Source of the DNA: an uncultured Chloroflexia bacterium
GTDB lineage: Bacteria; Chloroflexota; Limnocylindria; Limnocylindrales; CSP1-4
Assembly (NCBI GenBank): GCA_963819655.1
Contig: CAWFXA010000002.1
Coordinates: 704,001 to 768,000, forward strand
Direction of reading: 5' to 3'
DNA: 64,000 bases
Shown: piece by piece, positions 19,863 to 28,576 of the stretch
Position numbering within the stretch: position 1 is the first letter of the stretch
How the letters are laid out: every line of letters starts with the position of its first letter
The notes under the pieces: model-generated
Told to the model about the DNA's origin: nothing
What the model saw: the letters and a program-made list of their open reading frames with translations, nothing else
Databases searched by the model: none
Program-made: the position numbers and the translations under genes

Positions 19863-20615
19863 GTGACCGTCGCCAGGCGGCTCGCCGCGTTGGAGGGCGA
19901 GCTCCATCCAACCCAGCGGGTGATGGCCTGGCTCGCCGAGGCACACGCGTACGACAGGTTCGAGGCGTACCTGAATGCGGTCATCGACGCCGATCCGTCG
20001 CAGCTGCCGATGGATCGGCTGCCCAGGGAGGCGGCTGAAGCGGCCCGTCGTCAGCGGAACGGCACGTCAACTGACCGGGACGACATCGTCCACCGAGCCA
20101 TCCGCGATGTGGTCCTGCGCGTGCACCTCGTGCTGCGCATCGTCGACCTGACCGACTCCGTGATGCGACGCGAGGAGCTGGTCGTTGCGCTGCTGTCGGC
20201 GCACGTGTCGCTCACGTTGGCCAGCCAGAACGAGCCCGCCGGCTGCCTGTCGCTCGTCCAGCTTCGTGATCTCCTCCTCGGCCGGGTCGCCGAGCTGCTG
20301 GCCCAGGAGGAGGCCCGCAAACTCGTCGAGACTCGCTACCTCGGCGGACATGCGTCGATCTACCCGGCTACCATGCGTCGCTGGCAAGAGCTGATCCACG
20401 AGGCCCAGGAGGCGGCGGTGATGACCCTCCGGCTGGCCGAGCTCGACGGCGCCGAGCCGATCAATGAGGAGCGCCAGCTGGTCCCTGACCCGGCACGCAT
20501 CGAGGCGATCGCCGCCGACTTCGTCGAGGTCGCCCGAATCAAGACCCTCGACGACGTGGGCGAAGGGTATGCCGCCGTCGCTCGGCTTAGGCGCTGGCTC
20601 GCAAGCTCCGCGTAG
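19863..20615 (+). CDS. Hypothetical helical protein
   Basis: GTG directly after the upstream stop; VTVARRLAALEGEL..; 250 aa. Confidence 0.65.
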   Translation: MTVARRLAALEGELHPTQRVMAWLAEAHAYDRFEAYLNAVIDADPSQLPMDRLPREAAEAARRQRNGTSTDRDDIVHRAIRDVVLRVHLVLRIVDLTDSVMRREELVVALLSAHVSLTLASQNEPAGCLSLVQLRDLLLGRVAELLAQEEARKLVETRYLGGHASIYPATMRRWQELIHEAQEAAVMTLRLAELDGAEPINEERQLVPDPARIEAIAADFVEVARIKTLDDVGEGYAAVARLRRWLASSA

Positions 20616-20729
20616 CCCTTGACTCGAGCGAGGGCAGACACCAGCACCGATCCTGAAGCTCGTCACACGAGCAAGCATTGCGCACGTCAATCCTCTGGCG
20701 GCGACGTCGCGGATTGGGGACCTTTGACG

Positions 20730-20918
20730 ATGGACCTATCGGGCTGGGGATTCAACCTGGGCGTCCTAGTACTCCTGATCGGAGGGGCAGCGGGCCTCTT
20801 CCTGCTTCGAAGCCGGTGGCCTGGACTGACGCCGATCGCCATCGCTCTGGGCATGAGCGCAGTCCTTTGGATCGCCTTCAACGCCCTATGGATGCTCGCC
20901 TTCTGGGGCTGGGACTAG
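20730..20918 (+). CDS. Small membrane protein
   Basis: Two hydrophobic segments, 62 aa. Confidence 0.45.
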   Translation: MDLSGWGFNLGVLVLLIGGAAGLFLLRSRWPGLTPIAIALGMSAVLWIAFNALWMLAFWGWD

Positions 20919-20974
20919 TTGATGGGGCGGTCCTGGCGTCTGCAACCTGGGCCTTACACGATGACCAGATCGTG

Positions 20975-21277
20975 ATGATGGACCCGACGACCGTGTACTT
21001 CGTCGGCAACCGCCTGTGGTGGTCGGTGGCCCTCTTCTTGAGTCCGATCGCGGGAGCGATCGCCGGTCAGCCCGTGGTTGCGATCCTGGCTGCTGCCGTG
21101 CTGGTGCTGCCCTCGTTCGTGCTGTTCGACAGCGACCGCCCGTGGTGGCCGGATCAGGTCAAGGGTCTCCCGCAGGACCAAGCGCGAATGCGCTCAGAGA
21201 CACGCAAGCTCACCATCGCGAGCGGGGCTGCACTCATCGCTGGGCTAGGGGCCGCGCTGCTGTTGCCGTGGGGATAG
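20975..21277 (+). CDS. Small membrane protein
   Basis: MMDPTTVYFVG..; three hydrophobic segments. Confidence 0.5.
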   Translation: MMDPTTVYFVGNRLWWSVALFLSPIAGAIAGQPVVAILAAAVLVLPSFVLFDSDRPWWPDQVKGLPQDQARMRSETRKLTIASGAALIAGLGAALLLPWG

Positions 21278-21387
21278 CGCCGCTTTAGGACACCGTTCGT
21301 CCGGCTAGGAACGAGCTCCGGAAGCCATGGAGTCCCGTGAGCCCTGGATCGTGGGCGAGCGTCCCCGGATGCCACTCCCGCTCCTCC

Positions 21388-22143
21388 TCACAAACCCGGC
21401 CCCTCCCACCTGGCCTGCAACCACCTCGGGCTTCCGAAATGCCCCTCGATCAAGTTCTCGAGCCCCGGCGGGCCTTCATATCGGATGACGACGACGTTAT
21501 CGAGTTCCGCGATAACCGGGTCGACGAAGCGCGCGCCGGTCGACTCGATCCAGGCTTGCTCGGCCTTCACCTGTTCGAGGAAACCTTCGAGCTCCTTCAG
21601 GCTCCAGGTCGCTTGGCGGACTTCGACCGGCCCATCGAGCGGGAGTGCCACTAGTGCCGCCCGATGTCGCTCAAGGTTCGCCTTGAACTCGACCACGGCG
21701 CCCGATGCCTTCTGATTGATGTACGCCGTTGCGAAGTCGTCCGGGAACTCCTCCCCGTACGTGCGGAGCTGCACGATCAGGCTGTTCGGCCAGCGACGCG
21801 ACATGAGATCGGCCAGTTCGTCGGGCATGAACGGGATGCCATATTGCTCGGGGACTAGCGCGGCCGGGTCGTCGGCCACGGCTCGGACCCATGCCTCGTC
21901 GGCTCGCAGGCCATACTGCTCTCTTATCTCGATCGCCTCGGCGATGTCGGCCTCGAGAATCGCCGTCGGCGTCGGCTGCATGGTCGGAGTCGTCGCGGTG
22001 TCAGCGGCTGGCGAGGCCGGAGCATCTACGCAGGCGCTCGACACAGCGACCACGGCAAGCGAGAGAGCCGCGGCTGTAAGAGCAAAGCGATGCGATCGGA
22101 CCATCGAATCGTGAGATGTCGCCAGTGGTTGGATCCGCATCAT
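21388..22143 (-). CDS. Cassette gene: putative lipoprotein
   Basis: Signal peptide with lipobox-like VSSAC, followed by a Thr/Pro-rich linker; lies between repeats 21352 and 22184. Confidence 0.7.
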   Translation of the reverse strand: MMRIQPLATSHDSMVRSHRFALTAAALSLAVVAVSSACVDAPASPAADTATTPTMQPTPTAILEADIAEAIEIREQYGLRADEAWVRAVADDPAALVPEQYGIPFMPDELADLMSRRWPNSLIVQLRTYGEEFPDDFATAYINQKASGAVVEFKANLERHRAALVALPLDGPVEVRQATWSLKELEGFLEQVKAEQAWIESTGARFVDPVIAELDNVVVIRYEGPPGLENLIEGHFGSPRWLQARWEGPGL

Positions 22144-22252
22144 TCTCGCCTTGTCCGTGCTAGCACGGTACGGCGCCGTGCCTTGCCAAAAGGTCCGGGA
22201 ATGTCACCCGCTCAGCGATAGGCAGGGACCTACCACCAGGATGGGTCGATGC

Positions 22253-22861
22253 CTACCCATTTCGTGGTCGAACGCCAGTCCTTGCGTATGCGAGAAGACC
22301 GCCGAGAAGTCCCGCAAGAACTGCGGGGAATGTGACCCAAGACACCTCAGGGTTGGCGTCGGGCGGTGTCGTCGATGTGTCAGGCGGCCGTAGGCGGAAG
22401 AGTGCAAAGACCTCCGGCTCCGAGATGCGCTCGGCAAACGGAAAGGGCGGCCCGTCGATCCATGCCGCGGTATTTATCCGCTGCCCGAAGGCCGATATTC
22501 CGAGCGCGAGCGCGATCCGATCCCCTTTACGCGCCATGAGGATGTGGTCGGAGCATTCGAGGTATGCAAGGTCCCGAAGTGTCATGGTGCTCTCGAAAGG
22601 GCCCCGGACCGCGTGTTGAACACGTAGGGTGAAACGGCTGAAGGCACCCTGTTCGTCCCGCCATGGGGACCCGGCGTCGACTGCAGTGACTCTGCCGATG
22701 ACGACCCTATCCGCTGACGTCGCATGCTCACGGAACGACGGCACCGGGCCATCGCATTCAGCCAGCACGCCGGGCGCCGATAGGAGCGCGGCTGCCAGGG
22801 CCAGGGTTGCCGCGGTGCCGAGCGGGACGATCGATCGTGACCGCGGCATCCGGGGGGGCAT
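22253..22861 (-). CDS. Cassette gene: secreted, C-terminally anchored protein (TIMP/NTR-like)
   Basis: Signal peptide ending VLA-ECDG, ADRVVIGRV strand, PPDTST + TM + basic tail. Confidence 0.65.
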   Translation of the reverse strand: MPPRMPRSRSIVPLGTAATLALAAALLSAPGVLAECDGPVPSFREHATSADRVVIGRVTAVDAGSPWRDEQGAFSRFTLRVQHAVRGPFESTMTLRDLAYLECSDHILMARKGDRIALALGISAFGQRINTAAWIDGPPFPFAERISEPEVFALFRLRPPDTSTTPPDANPEVSWVTFPAVLAGLLGGLLAYARTGVRPRNG

Positions 22862-23049
22862 CGCACGGTTCCACAAACTTCGAATCGGCGATTCGAACGC
22901 GGGACTTTGCCGTCCCGTATCGGCGCTGCATGACACGACGTCTCGGCGGCGCTCGGTGTGTCAGGGTGCAGTGTTGACTCAGTGTCCGCCAATGTCACCT
23001 GGGCGATGGGGCCGACTCCGACCAGCGACGTCCGCTGGAAGTGTCTCAG

Positions 23050-23319
23050 TCAGTTTGAGTCGGATTCCCGTTTCGCGATGATCCGAGCCCGGAGGGCTCG
23101 CGCCTCCTCAGGCATGGGAGTCAGAGGGGCGCCGACCGCGAGCCACTGGAGAAAGACTTCACCGCAGGACTCGCAATCGAGCACCGCTTCGCATTTGACG
23201 CCTGGATAGGGCGATACGGCGGATGCGTATAGCAATTCACCAGGCCGCATTGGATTCCCGCTGTTTGGACAACTCCTGGGGCGCGGGACTCCGCTCTCTG
23301 TATCGTCCATCAACGGCAA
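23050..23319 (-). CDS. Cassette gene: small Cys-containing hypothetical protein
   Basis: Best ORF filling the interval between repeats 22975 and 23349; CESC motif; start uncertain. Confidence 0.5.
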   Translation of the reverse strand: MPLMDDTESGVPRPRSCPNSGNPMRPGELLYASAVSPYPGVKCEAVLDCESCGEVFLQWLAVGAPLTPMPEEARALRARIIAKRESDSN

Positions 23320-23395
23320 GTCAACGAGCGGGCGACAGCCCGTCGGTGTGGCTCAGTGTTCGGGAATGTCACCTGGATGGTTAGTCCCTGGTCCG

Positions 23396-24013
23396 CTAGG
23401 GCGTGAGGGATGGCAGCCTAAACGGAGGATCCGGCGCCATCGATGGATTCGGGTTGAAGCCCTCCTGTCCCGTCTCGGCGTTGGGACCGCCATAGCCCTC
23501 CGGGGCGAACGTCCAATGTTGGCCACCGATCACGACGCACACGGGGTTGTCCGCCCAATACCCGGCGTAGTCGATCCGCCCGGCAAGCTGCACGACCCAG
23601 GCAGGGGCGTCCGTTAGGAGCTCGGGCTCGGTCCCGAACATTCGCGCATAGCGCGGGACGTCGCGAGCGCGAGCGACCAGACCCATCCCCACGACGCTGT
23701 CGAGGCGGGGCGGTCTATCAACACCGCATGCCTTGAGCGCAGCGGCTGCCGCAGGATCGGGATGCGATCTCGAAACGGGCTCGATCGTCCCATCGATCGG
23801 AGCACTCGCTAGTGGCCGGACGGGTGGCGGCGTCGCGGAACCCGAAGCTCCAGGATCGTCGGTGGCGACCGCCTGCGATGCCGTGATCGACGCCGGTGAA
23901 GTCGATGCCACGTCACCCGAATCGACTGTCGTCGGACTTGTTCCTTCGAAAGGACCGGAGCAGCCGAAAACCGCAAGGGCAACCAGGACCGCAGCACCCC
24001 TTCGAACGATCAT
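23396..24013 (-). CDS. Cassette gene: putative lipoprotein
   Basis: MIVRRGAAVLVALAVFGC lipobox, Ser/Thr/Pro linker. Confidence 0.7.
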   Translation of the reverse strand: MIVRRGAAVLVALAVFGCSGPFEGTSPTTVDSGDVASTSPASITASQAVATDDPGASGSATPPPVRPLASAPIDGTIEPVSRSHPDPAAAAALKACGVDRPPRLDSVVGMGLVARARDVPRYARMFGTEPELLTDAPAWVVQLAGRIDYAGYWADNPVCVVIGGQHWTFAPEGYGGPNAETGQEGFNPNPSMAPDPPFRLPSLTP

Positions 24014-24091
24014 CCGGTCACCATCGTACCGGCGTTACAGGGCGTATCTAGACGGCCTGTTGGCTTAGTGTCCGGGAATGTCACCTCGTCA

Positions 24092-24502
24092 CTAGGCGAG
24101 AAGGACAAGCACCCGCGTCACATGGTCGACGGTGAACTTCGGATCGGCAAGCTCGAATACCAGCTTCGTCAACAACTCCACGGCGCTCGCGTACGCGGCC
24201 GAATCACTGCGTAGCAACCGCCCCGAATCCGGCCACACGATTGCGACCTTCTCCGTGTGCAGCTCGTGGAGACCCTCCCAGAGGGAGTCGCGTAAGGCGT
24301 CCCAGATGCCTCGATGGACGGGCGGGTCCAGCGGGAGCACCTGACGCACGGACCCGACGAAAGTGTCCCAGCTGTCGGGGGCCCCGGGAAGCGTGTACAC
24401 GGGCCAACCGTCCCGCGTCAAAGCCGCGACCAAGTCGGGTAGGGACACGCCTGTGCGTTCGTGGACACCGTACGCCGGGATAAGGAGGTCTCGTTCATCC
24501 AC
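24092..24502 (-). CDS. Cassette gene: barstar-family (RNase inhibitor/immunity) protein
   Basis: LPLDPP..WDALRDSLWEGL..KVAIVW barstar-like motif. Confidence 0.75.
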   Translation of the reverse strand: MDERDLLIPAYGVHERTGVSLPDLVAALTRDGWPVYTLPGAPDSWDTFVGSVRQVLPLDPPVHRGIWDALRDSLWEGLHELHTEKVAIVWPDSGRLLRSDSAAYASAVELLTKLVFELADPKFTVDHVTRVLVLLA

Positions 24503-24547
24503 CTGGCCAAAGTACAGCCCGGACGGTTGGCTTAGTGTCCGGGAATG

Positions 24548-24946
24548 TCACCCCGGAGAGGTTGCGGAAACGGCATCGATCAGGGCCGGTCGGCATCGTG
24601 CGATGAAGCCCTCGACCCTAGCCGCAGCTACGTCCGCATCGGCGAGCATTTTGAGCTGGTCGGACCGCGAGATGCCTGTCTCCTCGGCGATGAACGCGCC
24701 CTCAGGGCCGGTCGCATCAATGGTCCAATTCGGTTCAGGGTCGAGCTTGAGGGCGACGTCGACCACCAGAAGCTCGCCCATCGGCGCGGCTGGGTCGACG
24801 AAGACGAGCAACAAAGTGAGCGCGTAAACGCGGGAGGGCTTCTCCTCGATGTGAGAGTGGATTTTCGGTCGGGCCGTGCTGATGGATACGGCTGTGGCCT
24901 CGAGGACCGCTCGAATCCTGCTTCGATGGTGATCGAGGCTCGTCAC
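24548..24946 (-). CDS. Cassette gene: hypothetical protein whose stop codon lies inside the repeat
   Basis: GTG at 24946 preceded by TATCGT-N6; TGA supplied by GGTGAC of repeat 24528. Confidence 0.65.
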   Translation of the reverse strand: MTSLDHHRSRIRAVLEATAVSISTARPKIHSHIEEKPSRVYALTLLLVFVDPAAPMGELLVVDVALKLDPEPNWTIDATGPEGAFIAEETGISRSDQLKMLADADVAAARVEGFIARCRPALIDAVSATSPG

Positions 24947-25045
24947 GGGCTCACGATACAGGCCGTCGTCGTGGCAAAGTGTCCGGGAATGACACTTGAG
25001 GGCATGCGACTTCGGTTGCACCACGCGTAGCACTACGCTTAGCGC

Positions 25046-25324
25046 ATGGATGGAAGCCTGCAGTACAGATTGGGCGACCGAGTAATAGTCCGGCGCGATC
25101 GAGAGTTCGGACTTGGACCGTGGCCATCTGAGCCAAGCGGCACCATCGGGGAGCCCCCGGACTCGACAAATGCGCGGATCTGGCGACGGACGAAGACGAC
25201 CTCCGGGTGGCGGCGCTCTTACTGGATTCTGTTCGACGAGCCTCAGATCGATGCTGAAGGCGATGGGCCGTATGAGATGTCCGAGGTGCTTGACCTGTAC
25301 CTCGAGCGGGAACCCAGCGACTGA
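25046..25324 (+). CDS. Cassette gene (opposite orientation): small SH3-like hypothetical protein
   Basis: YRLGDRVIVRR..YWILFDEPQIDAEGDGPY; TACGCT-N6-ATG. Confidence 0.7.
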   Translation: MDGSLQYRLGDRVIVRRDREFGLGPWPSEPSGTIGEPPDSTNARIWRRTKTTSGWRRSYWILFDEPQIDAEGDGPYEMSEVLDLYLEREPSD

Positions 25325-25391
25325 CTACAGCACTTAGCCATGGCTTAGTGTCCGGGAATGTCACCTGAACCTTCCACCGGGAGAGTCCCCA

Positions 25392-26117
25392 TCAGAAGGC
25401 TTGGCATTCTCCTACCCAGACGCGCTCCCCATCCACGGTTCCGACTCCCACATGAACGACCCCCGAGTCCCACAGGTTCAGACCGACACGCTCCTCGCTG
25501 TCGATCTGGAAGCAGTACACCGGCGAGGCCGGGTGCTGGTTGTAGGGGGCCCAGAAGATTTCGCCCTGGACCAGGCGCGGCCAACCGCCGAGCTTGGTCC
25601 CGCTCGTCGCACTCCCGATGACCTCGTGCGCATCGCGGCTTCCGAGGAGACCTTGGAGGCTATCGAAGTCGACGGTGGCGACCAGATCGTCCCAGTCCGG
25701 GTAGTCCTCGACTACCTCCCAGTCGAGCTGCCTCGGCCGGATGCCATCGATGACCCGACCGTCGACCGCGTGGAGTTCGTCGAGCGAGCGGTAGGCGCGA
25801 ACGGCCCAACCATCGCCGTTGGGACGGTCGTTAGGTCGGTCGAGGAACCCGTTGTCGTCGGCGATCCAGAACGAGACTAGGGCGAAGCCCGCCAGTTCCG
25901 GAGGCACGAACCTGGCTTCGGTCAGGTTAATCTGGGCGAGGGAGGCCATCGCCCGTCCCTCAACAGTTGGCCAGTCCTCACCGCGCCCGATGACCGAGAC
26001 GCGCCCGAGGCACGAGCGATAGGGATCGTCGCTGGGTCTCCCGATGACTACTCGTCCGACCGACGCCGGGCGCCTAATCGCGTTCCGGATCGCGTCGATC
26101 GAGTCGGGGACGAGCAT
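25392..26117 (-). CDS. Cassette gene: YwqG/DUF1963-family protein
   Basis: WPTVEGRAM..LAQINL, TKLGGWPRLVQ, FQIDSE..WDSG motifs. Confidence 0.8.
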   Translation of the reverse strand: MLVPDSIDAIRNAIRRPASVGRVVIGRPSDDPYRSCLGRVSVIGRGEDWPTVEGRAMASLAQINLTEARFVPPELAGFALVSFWIADDNGFLDRPNDRPNGDGWAVRAYRSLDELHAVDGRVIDGIRPRQLDWEVVEDYPDWDDLVATVDFDSLQGLLGSRDAHEVIGSATSGTKLGGWPRLVQGEIFWAPYNQHPASPVYCFQIDSEERVGLNLWDSGVVHVGVGTVDGERVWVGECQAF

Positions 26118-26190
26118 CGATTGAGGGTAAGCGACCGTCGAGTGGCAAAGCGTTCGGGAATGTCACCAGAGATGGGACGAACGCTCAGGC

Positions 26191-26670
26191 CTAGAGCCTA
26201 GGGCCTTTGCCCCACTCCCAGTGAACGAGTCCGGCTATCGCGAGCCCGTCGATGATCCCCCAGAGTGGCTCGGGCACTTGGCCCTCGATGTCTATCGCGA
26301 CGAAGCCAGGCGATCGCCACTCATGTGGCCGATCGGAAGCCGCCAAAGCGCCGTGGAGCTCTTCGTGCCGATTCGGCTCAACGAACGCCACCCGCAATAC
26401 GAGTCGATCCGACGATTGGACGACGGGACCAAGCACCGAATCGAACCGGCCGGCAGCGCGTCGTAGACGGACGACGTCTCCTAGTGCATAGCCGTACGTG
26501 AAGAAAGGCAGGCAGCAAAGCTCGTACATACCTTCGCCCAGGTCGCGCGCCCACAGCTGCTCGTATCGGCCGGGAAAACCGTGGTCGGCGAGGTCAGCCT
26601 GCAGGATGGAATTCGCGCGGTCGCGCCAGACAGGAAGCTCATGCGTCGCGATCTCGTTGTCGCCTGCCAC
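26191..26670 (-). CDS. Cassette gene: DUF4265-family protein
   Basis: EQLWAR..YELCCLPFFTYGYALGDVV motif. Confidence 0.8.
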   Translation of the reverse strand: MAGDNEIATHELPVWRDRANSILQADLADHGFPGRYEQLWARDLGEGMYELCCLPFFTYGYALGDVVRLRRAAGRFDSVLGPVVQSSDRLVLRVAFVEPNRHEELHGALAASDRPHEWRSPGFVAIDIEGQVPEPLWGIIDGLAIAGLVHWEWGKGPRL

Positions 26671-26804
26671 GTCTTGAGACTAAGGCAGGGACAGCCCTTC
26701 GCCATGGCAATGCGCGATGTCACTCGGACCGTGACACTACGAGCAAATCGCGCAGACCATTGCGGCACGCGTACTGATCTGACGATGGTTCACCTGCCTG
26801 CCCC

Positions 26805-27188
26805 CTATAGCTGTGGCTTGCCGCCGCACGCCGGAAGTTCCGCTTCCTGCACCGGCCCTTCGATGATTCGCGGAAGGGCGTCCCCGCTGATGACGAACGT
26901 CATCGGCCGCGGAGCCCCATTCCGAGGCCCAGGGATGCCCCTGGTGAGCACAACTGCGTCCGCCGGGACCCACGAGTAGTCGCCTTCCATCGCGAGCTTT
27001 AAGAACGCTTCCCCGGCCGCGTCCAGTTCAGCCTTAGTGAAGGCGGAAGCGGAACAGGGACCGAGCTGAACATCGGGGGCGAGTGCGATGGGCACGTCCG
27101 ACCGGTTGACCAGCACATAGTCCGGAGTGGCCGCACATCCTCCGGCGAAAAGGACGATGGCACCAATGGCGCGGACGGCGGTCATCAT
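26805..27188 (-). CDS. Putative lipoprotein
   Basis: MMTAVRAIGAIVLFAGGC lipobox; CATACT-N6-ATG. Confidence 0.6.
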   Translation of the reverse strand: MMTAVRAIGAIVLFAGGCAATPDYVLVNRSDVPIALAPDVQLGPCSASAFTKAELDAAGEAFLKLAMEGDYSWVPADAVVLTRGIPGPRNGAPRPMTFVISGDALPRIIEGPVQEAELPACGGKPQL

Positions 27189-27342
27189 GCCGCGAGTATG
27201 CGGCGAGGCACGAGCGCCTCGACGTGGATGGCCGGGTTCGTCAAAAGCGTGCCGAGGAAGCTCTCGGATCGCGAGGTATCCTGTTGTTCGTCGGGGCCGT
27301 GATCGGGGTGGTGTGGCTGGTCCGCAAGCAACGGATGCGGCG

Positions 27343-27534
27343 TTGAGCTGGCTGTTAGTTCTCCTGCCCGCGTCCGGCGTCCTCATCGGCACCCTCATCG
27401 GATCCATGCGTCGAGGCGACCCTCCTACAGAGGTTCGCCGCCGCCTTGTGGAGGCCGCCGTCGGGGGTCTAATCGCGGTCGTGATCATCGTGGCCGTCAT
27501 CACCATTGCGGGCGGTCGGCTGGTCTGGCCGTAG
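27343..27534 (+). CDS. Small membrane protein
   Basis: Two hydrophobic segments; start uncertain. Confidence 0.35.
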   Translation: MSWLLVLLPASGVLIGTLIGSMRRGDPPTEVRRRLVEAAVGGLIAVVIIVAVITIAGGRLVWP

Positions 27535-27625
27535 TCCTCGTTTCGCATCCTGAAACTGACCCACTACCGGATCAGCCGGACAAAGCAGAAAACTGATTGT
27601 GGGCTGCGGCCGAGGGGAGACGCCT

Positions 27626-28576
27626 GTGGTGACGAACTACATCAGCGAAGAGCTCGGTCGGTTGATCTCGGCCGAGGGCGAACTCGTCGTTGGAACCCAC
27701 ATGAGCCCGCCGCGAGTAATCGGAGATTTAGATCCGCAACGCCCCCAAGACGCGTTCCGGATTGAGTGGGAGATCGCCGCCAGAGGATTAAGGGTGCTTG
27801 TGACCAGATCCGGCGGCCTGTTCGTGCGCCCTCCCGAGAACCTCGTGTCCTCGGGCTTCGAAGGGTTCGACGAGAAGTTCGCGTTCATGTCGGAAGCTGC
27901 GGCAGCAATCAATGTGGTCTTGTGTGAAGCGGCATTGACGGGCGCCGTGTCTAGCCCAGCGTCGCCAGTCCAGATGAGCAGCGGCAAGGTCGTCGATGAT
28001 CACGCGATCATCACCGGAGGCGGAGGCGGCCGCGAGGTCTATCTCGACAGAACCGCTGACATTTTGCTCGACGTGATCGGACTCAAGTGGATGACCTGGG
28101 TGCATGTCGAGCCAGCGTTGTTCGACATCGTGGCGTCTCTGCCGCGAGCACCTCGCCTCTTGGCCATGGCCTCGGCTCTGCCCGAGCTCGTTGTCGGAGC
28201 TTATTCGAACCTGTCACGCCACCACGCCCCAGAGGCAATCGTTGACGGTTGGGTGGTGATCGAGCAGTTGCTCGATGTGATGTGGCAGGAATTTGTCGCG
28301 GGCGTCAGCGAGCCGGGGCGAGCCGAGATCCTCAAGGACACGAGGTCCTTCACGGCTGCGGTCCGCGCCGACGTTCTGCTTACCGCGGGGAAGATCAGCC
28401 CCGATCTGTGGCGAAAGGTGACTAGGGCGCGGAAGTACCGGAACGAGCTGGCACACCGCGCCAGGGTGTCGATTGGCGCCGCCCAATCGGTCTGCTCCGC
28501 AATGCAAAGCACCGTTGAGCGAATCTTGGGGACCACGGTCGATCCGCCCCTCTATATGAGGCATCTGACGTGGTGA
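27626..28576 (+). CDS. Protein with C-terminal HEPN-like motif (possible RNase/defence protein)
   Basis: ARKYRNELAH fits the HEPN R-x4-H motif; preceding helix WVVIEQLL; visibly more A/T-rich codons than host genes. Confidence 0.6.
   Translation: MVTNYISEELGRLISAEGELVVGTHMSPPRVIGDLDPQRPQDAFRIEWEIAARGLRVLVTRSGGLFVRPPENLVSSGFEGFDEKFAFMSEAAAAINVVLCEAALTGAVSSPASPVQMSSGKVVDDHAIITGGGGGREVYLDRTADILLDVIGLKWMTWVHVEPALFDIVASLPRAPRLLAMASALPELVVGAYSNLSRHHAPEAIVDGWVVIEQLLDVMWQEFVAGVSEPGRAEILKDTRSFTAAVRADVLLTAGKISPDLWRKVTRARKYRNELAHRARVSIGAAQSVCSAMQSTVERILGTTVDPPLYMRHLTW

Larger units (their letters stand above)
21352..26167 (+). repeat. Array of nine 25-bp direct repeats, each pair enclosing one gene (cassette array)
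   Basis: Copies start at 21352 (degenerate), 22184, 22975, 23349, 24061, 24528, 24972, 25341, 26143; consensus TGGCTTAGTGTCCGGGAATGTCACC; 24061, 24528 and 25341 are identical. Confidence 0.92.

Noticed and set aside
22325-22337. GGGAATGTGACC partial repeat match
   Set aside because: Lies inside a coding sequence and lacks the left half of the repeat; probably chance
24947-25033. Upstream extension of ORF 24548-25033 across the 24972 repeat
   Set aside because: GTG at 24946 has a -10-N6 signal and matches the spacing of neighbouring cassettes; the extension is likely incidental read-through
21352-26167. CRISPR array interpretation of the 25-bp repeats
   Set aside because: Intervals are 344-807 bp, irregular, and contain whole genes; no cas genes are present in the window
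21352-26167. Shufflon/invertible locus
   Set aside because: All clear sites are in direct orientation and separate whole genes rather than alternative 3' ends of one gene
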